The notes under the pieces: model-generated
What the model saw: only the letters and a program-made list of their open reading frames with translations
Told to the model about the DNA's origin: nothing
Database searches by the model: none
Part shown: positions 37,570 to 48,798 of the stretch, piece by piece
How positions within the stretch are numbered: position 1 is the first letter of the stretch
Layout: every line of letters starts with the position of its first letter
Position numbers and translations under genes: made by a program
Source of the DNA: an uncultured Clostridia bacterium
GTDB taxonomy: Bacteria > Bacillota > Clostridia > TANB77 > CAG-508
NCBI GenBank assembly: GCA_934177485.1
Contig: CAKPPF010000001.1
Location: 150,959 to 214,958, forward strand
DNA: 64,000 bases
Direction: 5' to 3'

Positions 37570-38148
37570 TTATACTTGTTTAACAGCTTTTAAAGCTAGT
37601 TCTAAGGCTTTCATGTTACCATCAATTACCTCAGGTTTTTTTGCAAATTTGTGTTTAAAAGATGATTTCATATCTTCTAAAAGCTCATCATCTGTCATTA
37701 CACCAGAAACTTTAACAATTGCTGCAAGCATAGGAGTATTAGGAAAATATTTACCTAAAGCTTCTATTGATATTGAACGTGCATCAACTGTAAAAATTTT
37801 ACCTGAGTAATTATTTAATTTTGCTTTGATTTCTTCTGCATCTTTTGTTGTGTTTATAACTATTGCACCTGATTCCTTTAAACCAGATGTAACGTCAACA
37901 CAATCTAATAGTGAATCATCAACTACTACTACATAGTCTGGTTCATAGATATTAGAGTGAATAGTTATTGGCTTGTTACTAATACGGTTATATGCTGTAA
38001 TTGGAGCACCCATTCTCTCTGGACCATATTCAGGAAAACCTTGAATATATTTACCAGTATTAAATGCTGCGTCAGCTAATAATAGTGAAGCTGTTTTTGC
38101 ACCTTGACCGCCTCTTCCATGCCATCTAATTTCAATTAAATCCTTCAC
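37570..38148 (-). CDS. 2-oxoacid:ferredoxin oxidoreductase, gamma subunit
   Basis: IRWHGRGGQGAKTASLLLA signature. Confidence 0.8.
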   Translation of the reverse strand: MKDLIEIRWHGRGGQGAKTASLLLADAAFNTGKYIQGFPEYGPERMGAPITAYNRISNKPITIHSNIYEPDYVVVVDDSLLDCVDVTSGLKESGAIVINTTKDAEEIKAKLNNYSGKIFTVDARSISIEALGKYFPNTPMLAAIVKVSGVMTDDELLEDMKSSFKHKFAKKPEVIDGNMKALELALKAVKQV

Positions 38149-38275
38149 GAAGATTCCTCCTTTTTAATAAAAATCAACACTTACAGTATATAATTAAACC
38201 CCAAATAAGTCAATTAAAATAAGTAAGAAATATTAATTTGCCAAGATATTGTAACAAAGTTTTTTTGTTTGAAAA

Positions 38276-38305
38276 AAAGCAGGCACAATACCTGCTCTCG
38301 AAAAA
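38276..38305 (-). repeat. GGGCAGG-type hairpin repeat, reverse orientation, variant
   Basis: Reverse complement reads GAGAGCAGGTATTGTGCCTGCTTTTT. Confidence 0.5.
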
Positions 38306-38362
38306 AATATACAATTCTTTATGCTAAATACTGTATTCTTCTTAGACATAAAAACAAAATGA

Positions 38363-40237
38363 TCAAACAACTTTTGTTTCTTCTTTTAGTATTTTGCATA
38401 TGCTATTGTAAGCCTTTTTAAAATCAGAGTTGCCTATAGTTTTTACATATTTAACATCAATAGAGCCATTTACGTCTATATTAACATATAGGTATTCTTC
38501 ACCATGCAGTAAAAGACTTTTATTTGTTTGTTCTTCTATTTCATATTTAAGACTAAATGTATAGCATTTTATTGTATCTTTAGGATAGTCTTTTAGTTTG
38601 TTAAAAAAACTTTCTTTATCATCCATTGTTCTACTTAAGCTATCTTTAAAGTTCTTAATCCTATACCATGAGCAACTATAATTTTTTATAAATTTAAGTA
38701 CATTTGAATTTTTATTTAAATCATTTTGAACATTTTCCATTATATCTATTATTCTTTCTAACAAATCATTGCTAACAGTTAATGTACTTGAAAAATTATT
38801 AATTTTTTCTTTATCTATATTGTGCTTATCTAATTCTTTGGGTCTTGGTATTTTCTTAGGAGGATTACTTACTAAAGATTTTGCTCTAAAATTAATATTA
38901 TTTTTTAATAAGTAGTCTGTTACATATTCTTCTGTATCAAAATTAATTGTATTTAGTCCATTTATGAAATCTTGAAATGAATATGCAAGCACCGTCATTT
39001 TATATTCATCTTTACCGTAATTTATAATTTGTCCTACTGTCCCTTCTTTACCAGGGTTATAGTCAATACCAATATAATTTCCGCCATAATCTGATATAAA
39101 AGGAACTCTCTCTTTAGTGTAGCTTTTCTTTATTATTGTATCAGTTGGTATTACATCTAAACTTTCGTCATCTTCTTCGTTGACTTCATTGTCATGTTCA
39201 GACAAAACTTCAGACATAATTTTATTTAAAGGCATAAAATCAGTAGTTTTAATTTTTAAATTATTATTTAGATAAAATGTTTTAAATTCTTTTGGCAACT
39301 CGTATCCAATAATTTTTTCTAATTTCTTAAATTGCATTGACTCAGATGTATCTTTATTTTCTTGATTTATGATATTTCTTTCGTTTTGATTTAGGGCATC
39401 AGTTTCAATTCGATTTATTATGTTTCTTTCATACTGACTTGCTGTACATTTTTTATCTTGATTTATAGTATTTTTTTTATTTTTATTTATGGTATCTTGT
39501 TTATATTGATTATATTCTTTAATTGATTTTCTTAAACAAAATAGTTGAAATCCAATTATTAGAAATTCAATTACATTAATTATTAAATTTGATGGATAGG
39601 TTATACTTAATCTCCAATCATTAGGGTCATATGTATTATAATATAGTATAAATGTATCATCTTCATTAAATCTTGGTTTAATACTTTCTGCTTCATATTT
39701 GGCCTTGGTTATACTGCTGTCATATACACTATTTTCTTCCGAAAAGTGGCCGTTATATATATCACCTCTAACATAATAATTAAAGTAATAGGTAAATTTT
39801 GTTTTATATCTATATTCATCGGTATCTCTGTTATAGCTATCTTCGTAAATATCTTTAGCAACATGCTCAATTAAAGCCTTAGTTTCTTTGCAATGCTTCG
39901 AAAAATCTATTTTATCTATTCTAGAATCAATTGCACAACATAGATAACAAAGAAGAATAAGCTCTATAAATGAAAGAATTAAATTTAGAGCAAATTTTTT
40001 ACTTTTTTTATGATATTTTTTCATGTCCCTACCCTCATATTTAACTCCACTCGTAATAATTATTGTAGTTAGTATAAGCATTAGAAAAATAAACAAAATA
40101 ATTGCAATTATGTAAAAAGCCATTAAATTATTTTTTAAAATATTATTTTTTTCTAATAATGCTATAGTCAATATACTGAAAACAAATAATGTTTGCATTA
40201 TTTGAACTTTGAACATGTTTTTTTCCATATTAATCAC
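38363..40237 (-). CDS. Polytopic membrane protein fused to a cytoplasmic or extracellular SMI1/KNR4 (SUKH) domain and an unknown C-terminal domain
   Basis: About 5 hydrophobic segments in the first 230 aa, then an Asn/Gln/Lys-rich repeat linker (..NIINQ..TINQD..). SUKH-like LEKIIGYELPKEFKTFYLNNN...FISDYGGNYIGIDYNPGKEGTVGQIINYGKDEY..AYSFQDFI. Confidence 0.5.
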   Translation of the reverse strand: MINMEKNMFKVQIMQTLFVFSILTIALLEKNNILKNNLMAFYIIAIILFIFLMLILTTIIITSGVKYEGRDMKKYHKKSKKFALNLILSFIELILLCYLCCAIDSRIDKIDFSKHCKETKALIEHVAKDIYEDSYNRDTDEYRYKTKFTYYFNYYVRGDIYNGHFSEENSVYDSSITKAKYEAESIKPRFNEDDTFILYYNTYDPNDWRLSITYPSNLIINVIEFLIIGFQLFCLRKSIKEYNQYKQDTINKNKKNTINQDKKCTASQYERNIINRIETDALNQNERNIINQENKDTSESMQFKKLEKIIGYELPKEFKTFYLNNNLKIKTTDFMPLNKIMSEVLSEHDNEVNEEDDESLDVIPTDTIIKKSYTKERVPFISDYGGNYIGIDYNPGKEGTVGQIINYGKDEYKMTVLAYSFQDFINGLNTINFDTEEYVTDYLLKNNINFRAKSLVSNPPKKIPRPKELDKHNIDKEKINNFSSTLTVSNDLLERIIDIMENVQNDLNKNSNVLKFIKNYSCSWYRIKNFKDSLSRTMDDKESFFNKLKDYPKDTIKCYTFSLKYEIEEQTNKSLLLHGEEYLYVNIDVNGSIDVKYVKTIGNSDFKKAYNSICKILKEETKVV

Positions 40238-40564
40238 CTTTCCTAAATGATTTTACAACATTTATAAAATTTAAAAATTATTTGCTAAATGTGTAATGAC
40301 TTAAATCCACAAGCCAATTGCTTAACTGATTTCGAACTAACTATAATATATAATTCGATATTATTTAGTATAGTTATAATATACCAAAATTTTAAAAATT
40401 TCTATAAGTTTTAAAAATTTTTTATGGTATGGTTTAAGAGTAAAAAAATTATACTTTTGAGTTCACTATTTTAACTGTTAATTTCTAAATTGCATAAATT
40501 TTCTTGAAAATAGCAGAAATTTATTGTATAATAAACAATAGATTTTTTAATTAGGAGAAGATTT

Positions 40565-41626
40565 ATGTTTGATAAGTTAGAAGCAGTAGAGAAAAGATAT
40601 GAAGAATTAACTAAAATGATTGCAGACCCAGAATTAATTTCAAACCAAACTGAATGGCAGAAAGCAATAAAAGAACATGCAAGTATAGAGGATGTAGTTG
40701 TAAAGTTTAGAGAATACAAAAAGGTAAAAAAATCAATGGAAGAAGCAGAAGAATTAATGCAAGACCCAGATATGAAAGATCTTGCAGAGGAAGAATACTA
40801 TTCTTCTAAAGAACAATTACCCAAAATTGAAGAAGAATTAAAATTATTGTTAATACCTAAAGATCCAGATGATGATAGAAATATAATATGTGAAATAAGA
40901 GGAGGAGCCGGAGGAGAAGAAGCAGCTCTTTTTGCAGGAACATTATTTAGGATGTATTCAATGTATGCTGAAAGAAAACATTGGAAATTAGAAATTTTAA
41001 ATGAAAATGAAACAGAACTTGGTGGGTATAAAGAAATATCATTTATGATTACTGGCAAAGGTGTATATAGTAGATTAAAATTTGAAAGTGGTGTTCACAG
41101 AGTACAAAGAGTGCCAGATACAGAAAGTAGTGGTAGAATTCATACTTCAACAGCAACAGTAGCTGTATTACCGGTTGTAGAAGATGTTGAAATAGATATT
41201 AATCCAGCAGACATAAAAATGGAAGTATTTAGATCTTCCGGAGCAGGTGGACAACACATAAATAAAACATCATCAGCTGTTAGATTAATACATGTGCCTA
41301 CAGGAATGGTTGCTGAATGCCAAACAGAAAGATCACAATTGCAAAATAGAGAATATGCAATGAGACTATTAAAATCAAGGTTATATGAGCAGGAAAAGGC
41401 AAAACAAGATGCTGAACTTGCAAATGCTAGAAAATCACAAGTTGGAAGTGGAGATAGAAGCGAAAAAATAAGAACATATAACTATCCACAAGGAAGAATA
41501 ACAGACCACAGAATAGGAATGAGCATATTCCAGTTTGAAAACTTTTTAAATGGAGATTTAGATGAATTAATAGATTCATTAATAGCAGCAGACAGAGCTG
41601 AAAAACTAAAAGGTGATGAAGAATAA
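40565..41626 (+). CDS. prfA: Peptide chain release factor 1
   Basis: GGQ motif ([11 protein letters not shown]) and PxT-type recognition loop ([17 protein letters not shown]). Single intact frame. Confidence 0.9.
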   Translation: MFDKLEAVEKRYEELTKMIADPELISNQTEWQKAIKEHASIEDVVVKFREYKKVKKSMEEAEELMQDPDMKDLAEEEYYSSKEQLPKIEEELKLLLIPKDPDDDRNIICEIRGGAGGEEAALFAGTLFRMYSMYAERKHWKLEILNENETELGGYKEISFMITGKGVYSRLKFESGVHRVQRVPDTESSGRIHTSTATVAVLPVVEDVEIDINPADIKMEVFRSSGAGGQHINKTSSAVRLIHVPTGMVAECQTERSQLQNREYAMRLLKSRLYEQEKAKQDAELANARKSQVGSGDRSEKIRTYNYPQGRITDHRIGMSIFQFENFLNGDLDELIDSLIAADRAEKLKGDEE

Positions 41627-41736
41627 CAATACAAAAAGTCAATAATATTTTAAACAAATGTTTGAAGTATTATTGACTTAATTTTTTTTATAATATATAA
41701 TTCCATATGTTAAAATTGTAAAAAAAGAGGTAACAA

Positions 41737-44025
41737 ATGAGTAATATTTTAGAAGGACTAAATAATAAACAATATGAGGCTGTAATAAATACAGATGGTC
41801 CATGCTTGGTAATTGCAGGAGCTGGAAGCGGAAAAACAAAGGTACTAACACATAAAATAGCATATTTATTACAAGAAAAAGACATAAAACCATGGAACAT
41901 ACTAGCAATAACATTTACTAATAAAGCAGCAAACGAAATGAAAACAAGAGTTGAAAACTTAGTTGGTAATGCTGCAAATGATATGTGGATAGGAACATTC
42001 CATTCAATTTGTGTAAAAATTCTAAGAAGGTTTATAGATAAAATTGGATATGATACAAGTTTTATAATATTTGATACATCAGATCAAAGAACTTTAGTAA
42101 AAGAGTGTTTAAAATCGCTAGATTTAGATGAAAAAATGTTTTCAGATAGATCAGTTCTTTCAGAAATTTCAAATGCAAAAAATGATATGTTAGAGCCAAT
42201 TCAATATATGGCAAGAGTAAATGGAGACTTTAGAAAAGAAAAAATTGCTGGTGTATATGCTTTATATCAACAAAGATTAAAAGAAAATAATGCAGTTGAT
42301 TTTGATGATATTATAAATCTAACAATAAAAATATTAATGGAAAATCCAGATGTGTTAGCATATTATAACGATAAATTTAAATATGTTTTAGTTGATGAAT
42401 ATCAAGATACAAATAAATCACAATTTACATTAGTTACGATGCTTGCTTCAAAATATGGAAATATAACAGCCGTGGGTGATTCAGACCAGAGTATTTATGG
42501 TTTTCGCGGGGCTGATATAAGCAATATTCTAAACTTCGAAAAAGATTTCCCAGGAACTAAAATTATCAAACTTGAACAAAATTACAGATGTACAGGAAAT
42601 ATTTTAAAAGCTGCAAATTCTGTAATAAAAAATAATGAGGTAAAATATAAAAAAGAATTATGGACTGAAAACGATATAGGTGAGCTTCCAAATGTATTTT
42701 GTGGAGACAATGAATACGATGAGGCTTCATATGTAATAGAACAAATAAATAGATTAAGAAGAGAAGAATATTTTAAATATTCAGATTTTACAGTGCTATA
42801 TAGAATGAATGCACAATCAAGAGCAATAGAAGATATTTTAAGGAGAGAAGATATACCATATAAAATTATAGGTGGACTTAAATTCTATGAAAGAAAAGAA
42901 ATAAAAGACGCTATTGCATATTTAAGATTAATATTTAATCCATCAGATAACTTAAGCTTAAAAAGAATAATAAATGAGCCTAAACGAGGTGTTGGAAAAA
43001 CAAGTTTGGATAATGTCGCTAAAATAGCAGAAGACAGTAATGTATCTATGTATGAAGTTATAAAAAATGCAGCAGATTATGGACTAAATAGAGTATTTGT
43101 AAATACAAGAGAATTTGTAGAACAAATTGAGTATTTAATAAGTAAAAAAGAAGAATTAAAAATATCAGAATTAATAAAAGAAACCTTAAATAAAACAGGT
43201 TATACAAAAGCTCTAGAAAACGAAAATACAGTAGAAGCAGAAAGTAGAATACAAAACTTAGAAGAATTATTAACTGTTGCAATTGAGTTTGAGGAAGAAA
43301 GTGCAGAAAATTCATTAGGAGAATTTTTAGAAGGAATAACCCTATCAAGCGACATTGATGGAATGGAAGAAAGCGATGATATGGTTACTTTAATGACATT
43401 GCATAGTGCAAAAGGATTAGAGTTTCCAGTTGTTTTCTTGGTTGGAATGGAAGAAGGAATTTTCCCAGGTTATAAATCAATAGGAGAACCTAAAGAATTA
43501 GAAGAGGAAAGAAGACTTTGCTATGTTGGAATAACAAGAGCTAAACAATATTTGTTTTTAACATGTGCAAAACAAAGGACAATATTTGGATCAACAACTT
43601 ATAATAGTCCGTCTAGATTTTTAAATGAAATACCACAAGAATACCTAAAAGGATATAAGGAAGCATTTGAAAAAGAAACATCTAACAGTTCATATACTAA
43701 ATCATATGATTGGGAATATGGAAAATCTTCAAAAGTTAGAACATATAAAATAGATAATACAAGCATAAAAACTTCTACAAATAATAAGACAAGTTTTGCA
43801 TTTAAAACTCCAGAAAGTTTCTTAGCAAATTTAAATAAAAAAGAGGAAACTTCAGTAGACTTATCAAAATATAAAGCAGGAGCACGAGTATTTCATAAAA
43901 AATTTGGAGAAGGAACAATAAACTATGTTGAGCAAGAGGGAGAAGACTTAAAAGTAGATATTAATTTTGATAAAGTTGGGCATAAAAGATTAATGGCTAA
44001 ATTTGCAGGGCTAGAAATTATATAA
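41737..44025 (+). CDS. pcrA: ATP-dependent DNA helicase PcrA (UvrD family)
   Basis: Motif I AGAGSGKT, motif II VDEYQDTN, and other SF1 motifs. Confidence 0.9.
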   Translation: MSNILEGLNNKQYEAVINTDGPCLVIAGAGSGKTKVLTHKIAYLLQEKDIKPWNILAITFTNKAANEMKTRVENLVGNAANDMWIGTFHSICVKILRRFIDKIGYDTSFIIFDTSDQRTLVKECLKSLDLDEKMFSDRSVLSEISNAKNDMLEPIQYMARVNGDFRKEKIAGVYALYQQRLKENNAVDFDDIINLTIKILMENPDVLAYYNDKFKYVLVDEYQDTNKSQFTLVTMLASKYGNITAVGDSDQSIYGFRGADISNILNFEKDFPGTKIIKLEQNYRCTGNILKAANSVIKNNEVKYKKELWTENDIGELPNVFCGDNEYDEASYVIEQINRLRREEYFKYSDFTVLYRMNAQSRAIEDILRREDIPYKIIGGLKFYERKEIKDAIAYLRLIFNPSDNLSLKRIINEPKRGVGKTSLDNVAKIAEDSNVSMYEVIKNAADYGLNRVFVNTREFVEQIEYLISKKEELKISELIKETLNKTGYTKALENENTVEAESRIQNLEELLTVAIEFEEESAENSLGEFLEGITLSSDIDGMEESDDMVTLMTLHSAKGLEFPVVFLVGMEEGIFPGYKSIGEPKELEEERRLCYVGITRAKQYLFLTCAKQRTIFGSTTYNSPSRFLNEIPQEYLKGYKEAFEKETSNSSYTKSYDWEYGKSSKVRTYKIDNTSIKTSTNNKTSFAFKTPESFLANLNKKEETSVDLSKYKAGARVFHKKFGEGTINYVEQEGEDLKVDINFDKVGHKRLMAKFAGLEII

Positions 44026-44084
44026 TAAAAAATATTAAGATAAACAAGGGGACCATATTGAAATCTAACTCTTGTTTATTTTTT

Positions 44085-44113
44085 TATATAATAGGAAAGT
44101 ATTACTTTCTTAT
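44085..44113. repeat. Degenerate AT-rich hairpin repeat (TATATAATAGGAAAGTATTACTTTCTTAT)
   Basis: Same 5' arm as 3258; the 3' arm has decayed. Confidence 0.45.
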
Positions 44114-44264
44114 TTGTTCAAGTATTAGAAAATATAAAATTCTCTAATTCTTTTTCAATTTATAAAAAAACAAATAAGTACTTAAGTCGCCTTGTTCCAT
44201 TGACATTTAGGCTCGAAAATTATATAATATTAGTAGTTTTTAGAACATTAAGGAGAAGGATTTT

Positions 44265-45635
44265 ATGAGCAAAAAAGCTAAGAAAATATTGTTAATTATT
44301 TTTTTGATTTTAATTTTAATAGTAGTTGGTCTTATAATTTATAATAAAGTAAAAAAAGCATATAAAATAGAAGTAGTTTTTCAAGAGAAATATTTACTAT
44401 TATTAAGTGAAAATAAAATTGGGGTTATAGATAACAAGGGAAATATAGTAATTGAACCACAATATTATTCTATCCATATTCCTAATCCATCAAAGCCACT
44501 ATTTATATGTTATTATGATTATAATGAAAATACTAAATCATATAGAACAAAAGTTGTAAATGAAAATGGAACAGAATTATTTACAAAATATAATAAAGTT
44601 GAGACTATAAACTTAAATGAAATAGAAACTAGTATGCCATACGAAAAAAATGTACTAAAATATGAAGAAAAAGGAAAGTATGGACTTATAGATTTAAAAG
44701 GAAATATTGTAACAAAAGCTGAGTATGACTCAATAGACGGATTAAGCAATAAAGAAGGAGAACTTTTAATATCTAAAAATGGAAAGTTTGGAGTAATAAA
44801 TACCAGTGGAGCAGAATTAATAAAACCTGAATATGATTTTATTTCTGGTGATGAATATTATACAGATGACAAAAAATATGCACTATCTGGTTATGTTTTA
44901 GGAATTAAAACACAAGATGGATATAGATATGGATACATGAATTATAAAGGAAAAATATTATTAGAACCAGAATATAACGAGATAACAAGGCTAGGGGGAA
45001 TAGGATCAGAAGATACAGATAAGGACATAATTTTACTAGCCAAAAAAGATGGACAATATGGACTTATAAAAAATAAAAAGGTACTTATTGATTTTAGATA
45101 TCAGTCAATAGATTATAGTGGGGTTAATAATTTATTTATAGTTACAAGAAGTTCTAAATTAGGTGTATTTAACTCATCTGGAAAGAGAATAATGGCAGTT
45201 AAATATGATGAAATAAAAGTTCATGACCATTATATATACACAAAATTAAAAGATGAAGAGGCATATTTTAATTTGCTAGGAAACAGAATAAATAAAACAA
45301 CAATAGAAGAAGATGACGAAGATGAAGAAACTAGTAAAAAAGTAGATAATTCTGGTAAAAAATTAATAGCAGATAAAAAAGATGATAAATGGGGATTTGT
45401 AAATCAGAATGGAGATGTTATTGTAGACTATAAATATGATGATGTTACAAAATTGAATAGTAATGGATTTGCCGGAATAAAACTTGATGGAAAATGGGGC
45501 TCAATAAATGAAAATGGAAAGGTTGTAATAGAGCCAACATATAATTTGGATAATTTTTACGAAATAGATTTTATAGGAAAGTATTATAAAGTTGTTTATG
45601 ATTATAAAACAGTTTACTATTCTGATAATAAATAA
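44265..45635 (+). CDS. WG-repeat (KWG) membrane-anchored protein
   Basis: N-terminal TM helix plus at least 6 repeats of the type K(W/Y/F)G(L/V/F)I(N/D)..G..(I/V)...YD.I. Confidence 0.7.
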   Translation: MSKKAKKILLIIFLILILIVVGLIIYNKVKKAYKIEVVFQEKYLLLLSENKIGVIDNKGNIVIEPQYYSIHIPNPSKPLFICYYDYNENTKSYRTKVVNENGTELFTKYNKVETINLNEIETSMPYEKNVLKYEEKGKYGLIDLKGNIVTKAEYDSIDGLSNKEGELLISKNGKFGVINTSGAELIKPEYDFISGDEYYTDDKKYALSGYVLGIKTQDGYRYGYMNYKGKILLEPEYNEITRLGGIGSEDTDKDIILLAKKDGQYGLIKNKKVLIDFRYQSIDYSGVNNLFIVTRSSKLGVFNSSGKRIMAVKYDEIKVHDHYIYTKLKDEEAYFNLLGNRINKTTIEEDDEDEETSKKVDNSGKKLIADKKDDKWGFVNQNGDVIVDYKYDDVTKLNSNGFAGIKLDGKWGSINENGKVVIEPTYNLDNFYEIDFIGKYYKVVYDYKTVYYSDNK

Positions 45636-45650
45636 TTTGGAGATGAAAAG

Positions 45651-46886
45651 ATGATTAAATTAAGTAATGAAATAATTAAAATGGCTACAGAGGTTGAAGA
45701 AGAAATAAAAGAAGAGATAAAAAAAGTTGATGAAAATGCTATGTACAATAGCTTAAAAGTTTTAAATGCATTCCAAAACAATAAAATTTCAGATGTACAC
45801 TTTGGAAGTACAACTGGATACGGATATGGAGATATAGGAAGAGATACTATAGAAGCTGTATTCTCAGAAGTTTTGGGGGCAGAAGATAGTTTAGTTAGAA
45901 GCCAGTTTATATCTGGAACACATGCTTTAACAGTTGCATTATTTGCTTTTTTAAGACCAGGAGATACAATGTTAAGTATTTGTGGAAAACCGTACGACAC
46001 ATTAGATGAAATAATAGGAATAAAAGAAAATGAGAGCTCATTAAAATCTTATAAAATAAATTATGAACAAATTGATTTAATAGACAATGATTTTGATTAT
46101 GATAAAATTGAAGAAAGAGTTAAAAAGGGAAATATAAAATTAATAGAAATACAAAGATCAAAAGGTTATTCAACCAGGGAAAGCTTATGCCTAGATAAAG
46201 TTGAAAAAGTAATAAAGCTAATTAAAAGCATAAATAAAGAAATAATAATAATGATAGATAATTGCTATTGCGAATTTGTTGAAACTAAAACACCACTAGA
46301 AATTGGAGCAGACGTAATTGTTGGATCTTTAATAAAAAACCTTGGTGGTGGAATTGCACCAAATGGAGCATATATTGCAGGAAGAAAAGACTTAGTTGAT
46401 CTTGCAGCTCAAAGATTAACAGCTCCAGGACAGGGAAAAGAAGTTGGACCAACTCTTGGAATTAACAAAAGCATTTTACAAGGATTATATATGGCACCTA
46501 GTGTAGTTGCAAGTAGCATAAAAACAGCTATATTTGCAAGTTGTATGTTAGAAAAATTAGAATATAAAGTATCTCCAAGATATAATGATAAAAGAGCAGA
46601 TATTGTTCAAAACATAGAATTTGGAGATGCAGATAAACTAATAAAATATTGTCAAGGAATACAAATGGGATCAGCAATAGATTCAAATTCAATACCAGAA
46701 CCATGGGATATGCCAGGATATACAGATAAAGTAATAATGGCTAGTGGAAGTTTTACACAGGGTTCTTCAATAGAAATAAGTTGCGATGGACCAATAAGAC
46801 CACCATATATTGCATACATGCAGGGTGGACTAACATATGAGTATGGAAAACTTGCAGTATTACAAGCAATTACTAATATGGAATAA
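45651..46886 (+). CDS. PLP-dependent methionine gamma-lyase-family protein (YnbB / aluminium-resistance-protein type)
   Basis: ..HFGSTTGYGYGDIGRDTIEAVFSEVLGAEDSLVRSQFISGTHAL..LRPGD..GKPYDTLDEIIG.. is characteristic of this family. Confidence 0.65.
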   Translation: MIKLSNEIIKMATEVEEEIKEEIKKVDENAMYNSLKVLNAFQNNKISDVHFGSTTGYGYGDIGRDTIEAVFSEVLGAEDSLVRSQFISGTHALTVALFAFLRPGDTMLSICGKPYDTLDEIIGIKENESSLKSYKINYEQIDLIDNDFDYDKIEERVKKGNIKLIEIQRSKGYSTRESLCLDKVEKVIKLIKSINKEIIIMIDNCYCEFVETKTPLEIGADVIVGSLIKNLGGGIAPNGAYIAGRKDLVDLAAQRLTAPGQGKEVGPTLGINKSILQGLYMAPSVVASSIKTAIFASCMLEKLEYKVSPRYNDKRADIVQNIEFGDADKLIKYCQGIQMGSAIDSNSIPEPWDMPGYTDKVIMASGSFTQGSSIEISCDGPIRPPYIAYMQGGLTYEYGKLAVLQAITNME

Positions 46887-46910
46887 AAATGTCTTAGAAA
46901 AGAGGATTAA

Positions 46911-48155
46911 ATGAAAATAGTAATTATTGGCGGGGGACCTGCAGGTATAATGGCTGCAATATCAGCCAAAGAAAATCATCCAGAAGATGAAGTTGTAATA
47001 TTAGAAAAAAATAATACTCTAGGAAGAAAACTATTAATTACAGGAAAAGGAAGATGCAATATAACTAGTAGTTTGAACATAGATGAATTTATAAAAAACA
47101 TACCAGGTAATGGTATGTTTATGTTTAGTGCATTCAAAAATTATACTAATACAGATATAATAAAACTTTTACAAAAAAATGGAGTAGAAACAAAAGAGGA
47201 AAGAGGAAATAGGGTATTTCCTCTTTCTGATAAATCAAGAGATGTACTTGAGGCACTAGAAAGAGAATTAAAAAGATTAAATATAATAATAAAACTAAAT
47301 TGTGAAGTAAAAAAAATAAACAAAATTGAAAATATGTTTTTTGTAGACACAAACATAGATCAAATAAAAGCAGATAAACTTATAATTGCAACAGGTGGAA
47401 AATCATATCCTTTAACAGGATCAACAGGTGATGGATATTTATTTGCTAAATGGTTTGGACATACAATAACAGACATTAAACCATCGCTTGTTCCTCTAGA
47501 AATAAGAGAAAACAATGAATGTAAAAATATGCAAGGATTAAGCTTAAGAAATGTATCTATAAAAATTAAAGATATAGAAAACAATAAACAAATATATGAA
47601 GATTTTGGGGAAATGTTATTTACACATTTTGGAATATCAGGACCAATAATATTAAGTAGTTCTGCACATTTAATAAGATATAAGAATATAGAAAGCTTAT
47701 TAAAAAATGGAAAAATAAAAATATACATAGATTTAAAACCGGCATTATCAGTAGAACAATTGAATTTAAGAATATTAAGAGACTTTGAAAAAGAAAAGAA
47801 CAAAGAATTTAGAAATTCATTATTTGAATTATTACCACGAAAAATTATAGATTATATTATTTCACAATCAAAAATAAATCCATGTAAAAAAGTAAATGAA
47901 ATAACAAAACAAGAAAGACTAGAGTTAGTAAAACAAATAAAACAAGTGGAATTTACAATAAAAGGAACTAGACCAATAGAAGAAGGAATAATAACTTCAG
48001 GAGGAATAAATATAAAAGAAATAAATCCTTCAACAATGGAATCAAAATTAGTAAAAGGGTTATACTTTGCAGGAGAAGTAATAGATGTAGATGCATACAC
48101 AGGTGGATTTAACTTACAAATTGCATACTCAACAGGTTATACAGCAGGAAAATAA
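46911..48155 (+). CDS. FAD-dependent oxidoreductase, HI0933/BaiN-like family
   Basis: N-terminal IIGGGPAGIMAA dinucleotide fold; C-terminal ..GLYFAGEVIDVDAYTGGFNLQIAYSTG... Confidence 0.7.
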   Translation: MKIVIIGGGPAGIMAAISAKENHPEDEVVILEKNNTLGRKLLITGKGRCNITSSLNIDEFIKNIPGNGMFMFSAFKNYTNTDIIKLLQKNGVETKEERGNRVFPLSDKSRDVLEALERELKRLNIIIKLNCEVKKINKIENMFFVDTNIDQIKADKLIIATGGKSYPLTGSTGDGYLFAKWFGHTITDIKPSLVPLEIRENNECKNMQGLSLRNVSIKIKDIENNKQIYEDFGEMLFTHFGISGPIILSSSAHLIRYKNIESLLKNGKIKIYIDLKPALSVEQLNLRILRDFEKEKNKEFRNSLFELLPRKIIDYIISQSKINPCKKVNEITKQERLELVKQIKQVEFTIKGTRPIEEGIITSGGINIKEINPSTMESKLVKGLYFAGEVIDVDAYTGGFNLQIAYSTGYTAGK

Positions 48156-48192
48156 AAAATAGAAAATAAGGATAATATGGGAGAATTATTAA

Positions 48193-48798
48193 ATGTTTAA
48201 AGCAATAAAAGAGAATGTTTCTGCTGAAATTGTAGAAAAAAAGTCAAAGTTCATTGCAAATATATTTTATGTAGAAACAAGAGAAGAAGCGGAAAATGTA
48301 ATAAAAGATATTAATAAGAAATACCATGATGCTAGACACAACTGTTATGCATATAGAATTATTGAAAACGGACAAACTGTTCAAAAGGCAAGTGATGATG
48401 GAGAACCGTCTGGAACAGCAGGTGCACCAATGTTAAATATTATTTTAAAAAAGAATCTAAATAACATTTTAGTAGTAGTAACTAGATATTTTGGGGGAAT
48501 TTTACTTGGAACAGGTGGGTTAGTTAAAGCATATTCTTCAGCAGTAACCAAAGCTCTAGAAAATGCAAGTATTGTAGATAAATGTGAAGCAAAAATGTAT
48601 TTAATTGAAATACCATATGCAGATTTAAGCAAAATAAAATATATTGCAGATAAAAATGATATAAAAATATTAAAAGAAGAATTTTCTACAAATATTTATT
48701 TAGAAATTGCGATAAAAGATGATAAAAATATAGATAAAATTTTAGAAAAAGAAATAAATGTAAATAAAAAAGAATTTTTAAAAGAAATATATGTGTGA
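48193..48798 (+). CDS. YigZ/IMPACT-family protein
   Basis: KKSKFIANIFYVETREEAE...YHDARHNCYAYRI...DDGEPSGTAG signature. Confidence 0.75.
   Translation: MFKAIKENVSAEIVEKKSKFIANIFYVETREEAENVIKDINKKYHDARHNCYAYRIIENGQTVQKASDDGEPSGTAGAPMLNIILKKNLNNILVVVTRYFGGILLGTGGLVKAYSSAVTKALENASIVDKCEAKMYLIEIPYADLSKIKYIADKNDIKILKEEFSTNIYLEIAIKDDKNIDKILEKEINVNKKEFLKEIYV

Noticed and set aside
40565-41626. Programmed frameshift in the release-factor gene.
   Set aside because: This is RF1 (PxT-type loop) in one uninterrupted frame. The known +1 site belongs to prfB, which is not in the window.
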